A DNA stretch of 64,000 nucleotides from Phoronis australis (taxonomy: Eukaryota; Animalia; Phoronida). The stretch spans positions 617,981-681,980 of the forward strand of contig NMRA01000146.1 of assembly GCA_002633005.1 (NCBI GenBank), read 5' to 3'. The notes beneath the pieces are model-generated. The model did no database searches. It was not told the DNA's origin and was given only the letters and a program-made list of their open reading frames with translations. This document shows, piece after piece, positions 37,186 through 50,000 of the stretch (the stretch's first letter is position 1; each line of letters opens with the position of its first letter). Both the position numbers and the translations under genes were made by a program.

Positions 37186-40100
37186 CCCTTACAAAAATGA
37201 ACTTAAGTTTTTCGCTGAAAACTTAAGTTATAACTTAATTTTTGAAAACTTAAGTTACAACTTAAGTTTTTGAAAACTTAAGTTATGAAAACTTAACTTC
37301 GTTCCAAAAAAAACTTGTTCCAAAATACTTAAGTTTTCGACAAAAACTTAAGTTTTCGTGAATGAAAACTTAAGTTTTTCAAACCAAAAACTTAAGTTTT
37401 TCAGACCAAAAACTTAAGTTTTTCGATGAAAACTTAAGAGCATGTTCGCGAATGGACCAGGCAGAGGGTGATAAACGCTATTTCACAGATTCTCTTTATA
37501 TTTTATCTGTGGGATGACACTGGCCAAACTGACTACAGATCACCTTTATTTTTTTCAAAACGCACCTTTTGGTTTCCATGGATACGATTTGTTTCCAGCA
37601 AATTTTCAGCCTGGCGGCAGTTAAGTTTTAGCAAAATTCCGACAGTTACGTTACGCAGTGGAAGCAACGTTGAAATATTGAACCTTTGTTATTGATCAGG
37701 TGTGACCTTTGACTACTTTATTCATGAAAATTTAAATGATTTTGATATATTTTTGTCTGTTCTTAGAGCCGCATAAGATGAGTACTTTTATTGATTTTTG
37801 AAACTATCAAAATTGGCTAAATTCGTATCCCGATATCTCAGCTGGCACAGGTTTCAGAACATTTTAGTGCCAACCAGTGTGTTGAGCTACTTTAGGTCTA
37901 CAAAATAAGACAAAAAAATCGGGCGCGAATGGATTTCATGTCATTTGAAGTCAAACATGACTGGTGGTTACGCCATTTCACTACAATGAGTGATGCCGAC
38001 AAACGTCAACAAAAAGTAAACATTTGTTAATAGTTAGCCAGCAAACAGCGAATCAATTTATCATTCATCAAATTTCGTATTTTCTAGGCACCGAGGGTAC
38101 ACTACTTTATTTCTAAAAAGTGCTCGTAGTCATGGAATTAGGATACTTACTACGCAAATAGCAGTAGTTTTGGCAGGACACCTTTTGCGAGAGTCGAAAT
38201 TCAAATCTCTCTGCTTTTACAATGCTCAGTAATCTTATTTGCACGGCTAAAAACAAAAAAGCGCCGACAAATCATTTTCATAACATTTTCCTTCAAAAAT
38301 CGTGTTGCCCTTTCCCCAATTGCGACGTTCCAAATCTTACAGTGTTGTATGAAAAAGATCATTTATTTATAGTTTTATCTGTGACTGTCCTGTTTACAAA
38401 GATGCTTACTGTGGGTTAGCTGTGGAGTGTGTCTGAACAAACATTTCTTCAGGAGTCTTCAAGTGGTTTTGATGTAGGGCGTTAAAAGCGGAGGACAGTG
38501 TCAAGGTGAAAGATTTATTGGCAATTACAGGCAAATGCAAAACCACAGGTGAGAGTCATTCCGTGGACGTTACGTAGCCGCCAATGTCAAAATAACTTCA
38601 CTTTTGAAGTGGTATGGCTGGCTAATGTTATAATTTTGTTATCTGCGCGCATTTTGCTGTGCTTGACACAAGTGAAAATGGGAGACTTTTGAGTAGCAAT
38701 GGGGGCTGACAACATGGAACCAGCTACCAGTGAGAAGATATTTCACCTGAGCAGTAGGAGGCACAGAGGAAAGTACTTGATTAAGTTTGTGTGACTAGTT
38801 GGGAGAAGTCTAAAGTGTGAATTCTTATTACTTCCCAGTCCTCCAGAGGGCAAACGTACATGTATCCTGTTCCAGGTGATCAGCTGTTACTTGACTATAT
38901 AAATGCCTCATGTTGGAAGCATGATCCACTGCAGAGGTCATGTGAAAGAAGTGAGGATTCTAAAGGCTGCTTTCAGTATAAAGTCCATAAGTACACGACA
39001 AGTATTATATTGTAGCTCATGTTTTTCCATGTCTTCTCAGCAGACAAAAAATATACAGCATATAAACTTTGAAACTCAGTTCAAAATATAACTTCATGCA
39101 CATTGGGTTCTAACTGCTAATTAGTCTTCGAGGTTCTTTAACAGCAAGACTACAAACATTCTAAGGCAAAATCACATCAGAGATATCTAGATGTGGTATT
39201 TGATCTAAGTGCTAATGGACTGACTCAAATAGGAGACTCCTATATTAGTTGTTCAAAATACAGGTGATCTCACTTACATGTACCTCCTCATCCCATACGG
39301 TACACGTAACTCCCCAGTCTGTATATACAACGTTGGACCACTTTAAAGTAAAAAGTGACATTTAATGCGACCAGAATCTGGTTTAACACTCATTGCATGG
39401 TTAATTCATGCAAACTACCATGGAAAACACGATGGCTAAATGTGTTAAAAGATCTAAATACCAGTGAATTGGCTCAAACATGACACTCCTGATGTTAACA
39501 ATTCAGAATACAGGTGACCTCGGCACCTCCCTTAACTCATCATCACATACCGTAAAAATAACTCTCATTCTTCAAAAAACAATGTTGGAACAGATTAAAG
39601 TCAAAATGATATTTAATGTGACTGTAATCTGGTTTAACACTGGTCATTCAGTTAAGTGGTACTAAGTAGCATGAAAAAACGAGATGTGTAAAGGTGTTCT
39701 TTGATCTAAATGCCAGTGAATTGGTTCAAGTATGCCTAAGTCACTACCTTTCCTTAGGCTTGTACATAAGTTAACATTCAGATAAGGCTTCGCTTTTTTA
39801 GTCAAGAGAGATTGAGTGTAACATAATTTGAAAGATGAAAACTGAAATACCAGCATCTTTAAATAAATTGGACAACAAAGTTTCAACCAGAACACTGTCT
39901 AAACATCCTAAATTTTATTGAAAAAATCACAGCAAGTGTTGCTATATTGCATTTTGCATTTACCTCAGTTTCTACAATATCACATCAATAACAACTGGTT
40001 AAATCACTCAGACAACCCAACAGATTGTATAATGTCCGAACAAAGATTAAATCCGGAGTATTACTGGACATCACTGACTGTCAAGTTCATTATCTACCTC

Positions 40101-42448
40101 ATTTGACCATTTTCCAGCGCGGTTCAAGGCAGCCAAGCGTGAAAAGAAACCTTTATTTAGTTGTATTGTCAGCCAGCCTTCCTCTCGAAACTGCTCATCC
40201 GTCTGCATCGCCTGTGCAGTTTTTGCGGGGTCTTCTTTGTTCCTCTACTGTCTGAAAAATGACAGGAAGGTTGTAACAGTCTCGAATTATACACTTTTTG
40301 CAGAACTTTGCAGAGCCCAGCCACTACACAGGTGTGACTGCCGCTGAGTGATCCAATGATTTTAGCTGAGATAATTCATTTGACCCATGTAGTGTAATAT
40401 GTAAAACGACCAAAAGTACAACAAGAAAAAACACTGTTGGTACTTGATTTATTTTTGCCAGTTTGATTGGATTCCTTTGGTCATCTAATGAATACCATAT
40501 CCAGACAACAAATGTCAAAATAGTGTACTCATCAATCATAACGACACGCTATGATTTCCAGAATTACATAATTCACAGACAGCTGAAGTGAAAAGAAATT
40601 CCGGCATGCAGGTTGTCAGTTAAAATTGGAATTTATAATGCTATAACTACAGCATTCATCAATATATCTATAGAAAAAATACTTCGTGTAATGAACTAAA
40701 AAGAAGACGCATAACAACACTATCGGTTGTTGAAAAGTGAAAGTCAATGAGATATTGCATTTTCCGCTTGCAATAAGTACAGGCCACTAGATGCGCATAA
40801 TCTCAGACTAAACTTACATCCAACGCAAGACGCTACTACTAAATGAACTGAATAGCTCTAGGCTAGCCTAGACTCCAACAACGGCAACGGGGCAGGTATA
40901 CCACTGATCCTTTAGGAACACAAGACTGTTTATCAGTTATTTACAGTGATGCAGCCATAGGACTACTAAATTTCACCAGTGTGTACAATAAAAAGCTCTG
41001 TCTATGCTACATGTTCAAAAACAAGTACTGTTGTTACATTTTTGTGGTACATGCATGGTCACACAGTTTGTGATCATCCTGAAAGGAGGGACCAGTAACT
41101 TGCATTGCAGGGTACTGTATTAGAATAACATCTGTTGTTTCTAGCGGTGCTAACTGGTTCTCGAATCATGTATCCACAAAACTGACTATTACCGCCACAA
41201 TGCTATCGCGATAACCTCAAATTCAAACAAAGCAGTAGTAGTACTCACCAGATCCAACAGGAAAGAACACAAATGCATTGACATTGTTGAGTTCCTGTGA
41301 AAGTAAGTTGACTTTAGACATTTCAACCAGCATCCTCACTTCAGGCTTGGCACGCGGGCTACCACTAATGAAATGGGTGTTTGCAGAGTTTACATGGTTT
41401 CCACAGAATTCTAAGATGAGCCAGGTGTCTTGCCCTTGCCTTGGACGCAGTGACACATGCGTGACACGGGTCCAGTGAACCCGCATTTGTAAATTGTCCG
41501 ACTATCGCCAAAATCAGTTGCCGCACAGACTGTAGGTGCGGTGGTTTGCTACTCACTTTATGCCGCATCAAGATTTCACACATGTGCAGAAGACATTCTT
41601 TTGAGGTTCCATACACTTCATCACACTCCATCATACTAGCAGATAACACAGCAAGTCAGGATCAACCATTTTACACCACTAAAGTGACACCTGTTTTTGG
41701 ACACTGGGTTCACGAAAAACGCGGAATTTTAATTAAAAAGGAAAAATTCCTTAAACAATTGCGCCTGACTTAATGAAACTTAACTAAATATTAATAAATC
41801 AACTTCTGAATCAAAACTATGCACTTTATGGTGTTGTAATGTTCCAAACAGGTATCGGTATTGAAGGTAATTTCTACTCAGGTGGTTGTCGCAATCTTGC
41901 AATTTGTATAGAAAAATGTTTAGCGCCAGAAAAATTTATTGTATTAATCAACAGAAATAAGATAGAAACGTCTTGTGTAAAAGTCTGGTGTTGATCAGTG
42001 TTGTGCCAGCTGAGATATATGGGCTCAAATTGTGGCGAAATTGCAATGCCTTGTTAACCTCTGACCCCCCTATACTTTATGCCTGGGATTTTTAACTTAG
42101 CGGCAGAGGTAATGAGTATTGTTTAACATCTTTGTAAAGTCGAAGATTTCCTTTATTTAAAAATTGCAAACAAATAATAATCTCGTGCGCCGATATTTTT
42201 TGTTGTGCAGTGCAAATAAGACATTTTCGGCGAGTTCATTGAATGGCATACCCCCAAAATAGAGGCTCCCTGATTTCTCCTCCTTGAACAAGGTAAAATG
42301 AGATTGGACTTTACTGTTTTGTTTTTCATTGCAAAGGTAACTAAAATGCATAGTATGGTTCAAATCGGTGACATTGGGTTTATCACCCCTCTAGGCATTC
42401 TTGCCTGCTGTGAGTCGTACTTCACTCTTAAGTTCATTTTCGTACGGG
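37186..42448. mobile_element. Short (~270 bp) derivative of the AAACTTAAGTTT family, split by a Sola3 insertion in its terminal repeat
   Basis: Starts CCCTTACAAAAATGAACTTAA. After the insertion the sequence resumes TTAAGTTCATTTTCGTACGGG, the reverse complement of that start with 2 mismatches. Confidence 0.75.
37438..42427 (-). mobile_element. Non-autonomous Sola3-type element, copy A (~5 kb)
   Basis: GAG...CTC termini with TTAA TSD and long degenerate TIRs (GGGTGATAAAC; GATATCTCAGCTGGCACA). Minus-strand remnants LWKPCKLCKHPFH...PVGSG and PAKTAQAM...WLT...KGFFSRLAA. Colinear with 58291-63191. Confidence 0.85.
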
Positions 42449-42479
42449 ATTACTGGCCCAACAGTCGCTGAATTTTATA

Positions 42480-43650
42480 AGCCAGGTATTTGTCCCCATG
42501 CTGAGAGCGATTGTTATTAGTCAATCTCTTGAAGAGAGCTCACACTATTTCGTCGGACTGGAACCTGTTTATTAGTGAAGTCCAACATGTGAAACAAGTT
42601 TTAATGAATAATGATTACACAAATTCAATTGAGGATAAGGTTTGACTCAAAATTTGAACCATATTACCATGTACAAACATTTACTGATGATGTTAATGAA
42701 TTATTCTACAAAACTGTATGTCCAAACCAAAAGTTATGTAAAATTTGAACAAGCCCTAAAGTACATAATATATGATAATGTAAGATTTGTTCATCCTAAA
42801 GACAAGCTAGATGTAATTATTGATCACAAGAATATGGAGACTTCTAATTTAGTGATGGGACACAATATTAGTCCGCACTTTTGCTATATGTAATGTTGTT
42901 TTTGCGTTTACTTGTCTCGCGGTCGAATGTTTTCGTCCCCATCAGAAACAAAATTACATTTGGAACACAGTCTGTTCATTGTCGCGACGATTTCTGACGC
43001 ATTTACAAAACGTCTCCATAAAAGACCATTTTCAAAACGTTCATGGTCGGAAGATAATTAGTCAGAAGATTGTTGACAATACAGTAAGTTGATGATATAC
43101 ACAGGTTACGAACATTAGAGTCGCTTCTAATACTGTTTGAAAAACCAAATTTGAATGAGCAGCTAACTGGAACTCGAAGGACTCTATCATTATTTAGTTA
43201 ACCGGTATATTATGATGCGCAACAACGTGTGTACATTTAAATATGTGTGTTTTTGTCGTTATAATTGCGCATGTCCACTTCAAATCTTATATTGCATTTC
43301 TCATTTCTGATTAGCGTTTCACTGTGACATAGTTGTAAACGGTAGTCTGAAGATGCGATGTGTTTCTCAAGATCAAAGTCGTTTCTTCAACGAAATATGT
43401 ATACCAGAAAGACTACTGCCAAATTATAGTACGTATACAGATACACGTACATATACATATACATGTATAAAACTATGTCTTGTGTGCAAATCAGGTGGCG
43501 CTTGCTTTCGTCAGTTTTGCAGCATTTCCAGTCTGCGTTTACTGCTATATATTTGTTGAATGTAATATTTAAAATGACGGCGGCTTGGGGCTGCCTCCAC
43601 AGCGACAGACTTTCTTTCGTACAAGACCTTCAACAACAGAGTATATAGTA
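42480..43650 (+). mobile_element. Penelope-like element 3' part (thumb, GIY-YIG, pseudo-LTR with ORF start)
   Basis: SSDWNLFISEVQHVKQVLMNNDY, VVFAFTC...NYI...CSLSRRFLTHLQNVSIKDHF, then FNEICIPERLLPNY (a PLE N-terminal-type motif downstream of the 3' end). Confidence 0.7.
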
Positions 43651-44878
43651 TTAAAAGCACTAAACCAATAATGAAACACATGTAATTAGACATAATAAGT
43701 AAATGAGGAATGATAATGGAAATTTAGCTAATGAAGAGGGTATTAAATAAAAATGTGAAACTAAATAGTGCGAGTATATACAGTAATGCATATAGCAAAA
43801 TTTAGACAGGTAAGGCGCAATAATGGGTAAGTAAATTTGCTGCCATTCTTTGCTATTACGTTTCGACACGTGTACATACAACCTTCGGTCTCGGTCTATA
43901 CGCGGAATAATGTCTCGTGGGATGTTATTTCATGTACGCCACTCGAGGTACGTTTTGTATTTATCCCATACGCATCGAATTCGTGGGTTTCTTTTGTTTT
44001 CTTTCGGCATTTTATAAATACTTCACCGTGACTGTTTACGTAACTAATCACAACTTAGTGCGTATGTACGTGCGCGTTATGTTGCTAAATGCTAAAACAG
44101 TTTTAAATGTAACGGTTTATCACTTGAAATTGATAAAAAGTGTGAAAACGACAGCTTTCGAGCGTGGAACTTGTATCATATTTCCTAAATTAATAAATTT
44201 CAAGAATGTTTATAACACTGTAAAATCCTCATCGGGCAGCTGCACTCATTAGGTCACTGACCGCAGCGCGTAACCTACACGTTGCCTGCTTTCACGAGGT
44301 TGTTATAAGTGCCACCGTTGACGAAAGCTACTGTAGCGTCGTTGCAGGTACGTTGTCACATTTCTACTTATTATGTAACCTTGGAACAAAGCTGTAGGCC
44401 TATGCTAAATATACGACAGTCTGTTGATACAGATAGGTGGCAGGCTACGGATTCTGCAGCATGGATAGGTTCATGTATTGCTGGGGCGGTCGTCGTTGCC
44501 GCTTGTGTAATAATTAAGTTCGATAAAGGCTTGGAATCTTTGCCTGAGCTGCAGACGATATATCTTAGCAACTGAAACTTGAAACAGAGCTGTCGTAAAA
44601 TTAACAGTGCTGTTCCAGATGTTATGATTAAGGCCTGGTTGCATGTTGAGTGGAATAACTTTCTGCACTGCTACAATTTTATTACTTTAAGCTTTTTCTC
44701 GAAAGTTTAATGATGTAACCGGCTAACGTCGAGTCGACATTGACCTACCTTTTGAACCTTCAATGTCAGAGGTCACTGTTGAAGTAGTGCTGGAGGTGAA
44801 TACGGAAAACATTATTACATGACCGTATTTCCCTTGACAGATTCAACGCGTATGGGATAAAATCAATTCTACTACTAG

Positions 44879-44928
44879 GTTTCTTTCTTTGAGCGGCCAC
44901 TTTTAAGTGGCCGCTCAAAGAAAGAAAC
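44879..44928. repeat. Perfect 24-bp-arm hairpin
   Basis: GTTTCTTTCTTTGAGCGGCCACTT-TT-AAGTGGCCGCTCAAAGAAAGAAAC. Confidence 0.9.
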
Positions 44929-46313
44929 TTACTAAAATAACTATCCAATAAAACAGGAAAAACCCGTGGGCACACTATATGAGTAGAGGCACATAAAACA
45001 AAAAAATAACTTTAAAACAAGAAAATGTGCAGCAATCGGTGCTATCTGCCAGGTTATCAATTTTTCAAGGAATTTTCACCGTGGAAACGAAAAAAGAGAG
45101 CGACAGATGACTCCATTATCCCTTTGCAGAGAGGGGTTACTGGTTTGCACACTTAAAAATCAGCGTATACGTAAACAAACACGTTGTATAAATCGACGTT
45201 TTGATTTGTATTCACTAAATCATTCTTGATACAAATATTCTCAGCAATGCACCAGTCAGGTAACACATAAGAACACTCTTCACAAAACATCAAAATGCAA
45301 TGTGAAGAGAGTCATGAGGGACCAGAAATCAAGTGCGACCAGTAGGCAGTGATTTCTGGTTGATTTGATCTCCAACTGTTTTGATTGGTGGTCTCTCTCC
45401 TAACAATGTATTTTAATCTGTAATGTGAAGAACATTTGTGTTGAGAATGGGTTAGTGATAATAAACCAACCATCGGTGCATACAGAGTCTTTGTTTTATT
45501 ATGCGCTGATTTTAAAATTCGTACTTAGATTTTTGGCCAAAAAACAAAGGTAATCAGGTTTGCATTCCCTGAAATTATCAGTTTTGTTTTCAAAATCCAG
45601 CGAATATCTGTGTTCTCATGAAACAATGCTTTAAATAGTTTTTTCTTGTTTATTTCTCGAAATACGTGAATGCATTATTCATAAAGGTACACGTATTAAA
45701 GGGAGCCTAGACAACCTTTGCTGCAAGAATGACTCCCCTAAAAACAAGGTCATGGGTAAGGCTCTGAAAGGACAAACTAACAGTTGACAGTTGTCCAAAT
45801 CTCTGAATTTTCCCTCTTATCTAAGTTATTGTGTTTTTCATTCATCGGCCGCTCATGCCCGTACTTGTATGTCAATTGCCATGGTGTACCCTGACGCTGC
45901 TGTTTGGCAGGAACGTGCCCTCCTATGCCTACTACCCTACGATGTTCGGAGAAATTTGCATAGCTTCGTGGCAAACATTATTGGGTACGCGCCAAAAGAG
46001 TTGGGAGATTGTTTTGGGTTGTTTTTTGAGATTAGACATCGTCCTCCAGAGAAAAGCCACTAGTGATTTATTTTTGTTGCTTGCTGTAGCTTAGGCATCT
46101 ACCAGACTAGTGGATCGATCTTCGTGGAATTCAATTTAGGGTTTTTTTTCGCCATTTTTAAGTTTAATTGTTTTGCTCTTAATTTACGAAATGTTTAAAC
46201 TAGTCACTCTTAAGTGGCATACAGAATGCACACGGTGAGCGCATATGGAAGCTCTCGCTGATGGTCTTGTTAATTAAATCAGTGCAATTTTATTTGAATT
46301 TCTATCTTTAAAG

Positions 46314-46559
46314 CTATAACGAAACCTCAAATTTGGAAGGTAAAAGCGGACGAAACGAGACTGACTGTCTATTGGACACTAACTGCACCTCGTGAGGGCT
46401 TCAGAGTTTCTTGCGGTGGAGATCTCTTCGTAGTAGCAAGTACCATAACGCGTTTCACATGCACTGGCTTGACTCCTGGAACTATGTATGACGTTTCCGT
46501 AACAGCTTTTAAGGCGAATTATGGCGACGGAGTTTCAAAAATAAAGAAAGCTAGAACAC
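46314..46559 (+). CDS. Internal exon encoding one fibronectin type III domain (host gene)
   Basis: TTTCTATCTTTAAAG|...|GTGAGT, 246 nt, phase 1-1, no stops. Reads ITKPQIWKVKADETRLTVYWTLTAPREGFRVSCGGDLFVVASTITRFTCTGLTPGTMYDVSVTAFKANYGDGVSKIKKART, with the FN3 W and L.PGT.Y.V.V.A motifs. Confidence 0.88.
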
Positions 46560-47049
46560 GTGAGTGTTTATTGCTTTTTGTCCTCATCAAAAACGCCCAA
46601 CACGGTGGCGAAGCACGCTCCACCCTGCCTAACACGAGTGAAAAACTTGGTGCACTTATCTTGATTTTTCTCCCAGTGCTTAAAATTCAATTACTCCATA
46701 CTTTTTAAGTTGGTTGCAGTTTCTTACCAGACTGCATTATCGACGTCCTGAATTTATTCCTGGTATAACAGGAACTTCATACTCCGGCATGTGAAATGGC
46801 TTGCATGTCTATTGTAAGTTGAAATTGCTTATCAAAATCTTAAAAGACCTTTCCGTGACTTGTGCCAAGACGTCTCCTAACCAACCACCTGCCCCCATTT
46901 CAATAGGTTATCTAGCCTTAAATTTGTATTTACCTCTAGTAGTACCCTGTGGATATTGGCTCACTTTGCCAATCTTTCATTTGCTAAGACATTTCATTTG
47001 TGACAAATACCCATCATGCGTCGTTTATGTACGCAATTTACTTTCGCAC

Positions 47050-50000
47050 TGTTACGTTTTCCCCGTGTGTGGATGGGCGCAGGTTTTTACAGACCGATGG
47101 TAATAGCTTTCGGTGCGACCATGTGCTGAAGACTGATTTGAATTAAGCTAATCACCTTATTAATCTCAGCCTACGCACACAAAACGTCCGATGTAATGTC
47201 TGTTTGATGGTGCAGCCAGTGCTAGGAGACTAATAAAGTTATTAACTCGAACCAGTCTTCAATCAATCGTCGCACCGAAAGCTATTAGCACCCGTCTGTA
47301 ACAACCAGCGTCCACCCACAAACGGAGAAAACGTGACAATTAATGAGCATTCCAGGAGCTTACTGACGGTAACAAGGTATGATGAAGTGGACTGTTGGAA
47401 TTAGAGGCTGACTAATGTCTCGTCGAAGGGAGTTGATGACCCTCCGACATGAAATGCTCCTTCGTTGAGACGACCTCAGACAATTTGTGGAAAAACAACA
47501 AGCTGAGGCTCGAGAGGCTGAGGAGAGAAAGCAAGCTCGTGAGGCTGAAGAGAGAAGGCAAGCGCGAGAGGATGAAGACAATGAGAGAAATCAAGCCAAC
47601 GAAGCCGAGGAGTAGATGAAGAGAGAAAGAATGAAACACGAGAGGGCGCTAGCAACACTTAAAGCTGAACAGGTTGCACATGAGGGTGACCCTGTTAGGA
47701 CAACTGGTGGTGCGAAGCCGAAGCTACCCAAGTTTGGCGAAAAGCAGGACGACATGACATCCTGAAGGGATTCAAAGATACGCCGAGATTCAGAATTGGA
47801 CCCAGAGTATATGGGCAATTAGTCTCAGTCCCTTGTTAACAGGCAAGGGTATGGCGTGTTATGTGTTGCAAAATTCAATGTTCAAAAAAATAGGTTTGAT
47901 GTACATATAATTGTATGTATTGGATATCTTATATTTATATTTGATTTCCTTATATTTATATTTATATTTGATCTTATATTCCATGTTATATACATTTATG
48001 TTTCATAAGATTATATGTATTCAATGTTCATTATTATTGTATTCAATGTTTTGAAAATTTCTGTTCGATGTTTTCCGCTTACATTCGATAATGGAACCCT
48101 GGATCAATTGAAACGACGGCTGTGATTGGTCAGCTGTGTTGAGACGCTATTTATGGAACTTAGTTATTTCGAACTGTTTCATGCAACCCGACACTGCATC
48201 CCTACATTTTAGTTTGGATGTTATTCCTGTGCCTTGGGTCCCCCTGAATCGAAATTTTGGATCCGCTCCTGATTGTGGTCATCTGACCCATTACATAGGG
48301 AATTCCTTGAAGTGGTACCCTGGGTATGAATTTCGACCTCAAAAAACCTAGTTTTATAACCGATTCTTGTTACTTGATGCATACCAGGGCCATCGCATAG
48401 CCTGGTGCCATTGGCATAGCCTGGGCCTGTGTGGACGGTGACCACTTTGACAGAAAAGCAATGCTCTGCAAAATACGGGTGTCAGTTTTAGGCAACTCCT
48501 TCCATTTCACATCACAGTATCTACCCGGAAACAATGCATGCAGGAAATTTGACGACAAACTTCTCTGAGGCTGAGGGAACGCGGTAGGAAACATTTTTGT
48601 ATAATTTTATTGGAATGACGCAAGGATTCGAAAAGTCAAAGTCATGTTGTAAATAATTACCCAGCACTCGATTTATATTCAGAAAAACACGTCAACATAA
48701 ACTTGGCGTACCATTAACATGTCCTTCTGCAGAAGAACTCTCCAGATGCAAGGCCTCAACCGGGCGTAGGGGTAGTGGAACTTGTTGACTCACCCTGGGC
48801 TTGGTTTGTTATTGGCTGGTTAGGGTCAGAACCGAGTTCCTCGCGAAATCGCTCGTCAGTGGACTTAAGGGCGTATAAATAGGCATCTATCTGTTGCTTG
48901 GCATCATTAACCACCTCTGAATCGCCTGAACTGAATTCGTGTTCACAAATATTGATGCAATGGGCTAAATTGTTGAAAAAACGGGGAAGCAACTCTTCTT
49001 CAGTATCCGCCATTTATTTAATGCCAGGAACCAATCAGGACCTCGTTTCATAATACCCATAATTCCGTTATTGAACATATCAAAAGAAACATCGAACACA
49101 TAAAACGAAACATCGAACATATAAAATGAAACATCGAACATATATACTAAGTTATCGCACATAAGTATTTTCATTATCGAATACAAATATTTTGACATCA
49201 AATGTACATACTTTAAGATCAAATATAAATATAAGGTATCGAATACACATAATTACATCAAACCTAATTTTTGAACATTGAATTTGCAACACATAACACG
49301 CCATACAAGTGTCTGCAGGTTTACACCATTATTCCGATGGCTTATGGATACACTGGATTATATGCTACACTCAAAAGAGTTTTGGTGAGGCGGTTTGTAC
49401 TGACGGAGGGGGGCTTTTGCAGGCATTTCCGGGAAGTTCGATATCTCATCAGTTTGTAACCCGCTTACAGTGCTTTTTAGACAGTTGGATCGACACGTCC
49501 GACTGTTGTAAAGCCTTTGCTGTGTTGAGAGACCTGTTGATGAGCGAGTAGTACGTGAGATGCCGTACACTACTCACAACGTAGAGAAGAAGGGACTGCA
49601 AAATATGTTAAAGATGAACATCACATCATTGAACCTTACACTTCAGTTTACAGCTCTCTATTAGTTTTGGTGGCTGAAAAGGGCGAGACCAAAAGGCTGT
49701 TTGTTGATTACACAGGGCTTAATGCATTGAATCAATTTGGCAACGAATCAATGCGTAATCCTGAAGCTGTTATATTGTCTCTGCATAGTCAAAGTTTCTT
49801 TTTGAAGTTCGACTTCACGAAGTGCTACTGGCAATTCCCATGGATGAGGCGAGTAAAGAGAAAATCGCATTTGTTACTCTAGGAGGCTGTTTCCAGTTAT
49901 TAAGAATGCCATTTGGTTTGGGGAAGTCGGCGGTTACATTCAATAGGATAATTAGGAGGATATTGGTAGGCTCAGATAACATTGAGCAGAATGTTGGTGA

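Noticed and set aside
43347-43380. CTGAAGA hammerhead core in the Penelope pseudo-LTR
   Set aside because: Position is plausible, but no clean stem II or GAAA can be read.
44309-44575. ORF with a hydrophobic stretch (WIGSCIAGAVVVAACVII) as a transmembrane exon
   Set aside because: No convincing splice pair, non-ATG start and no recognisable homology.
45777-46094. Three overlapping short ORFs upstream of the FN3 exon
   Set aside because: No recognisable domain or clean splice boundaries.
47360-47818. Ser/Leu-rich minus-strand ORFs
   Set aside because: Antisense to the Glu/Arg-rich coiled-coil of Gypsy gag.
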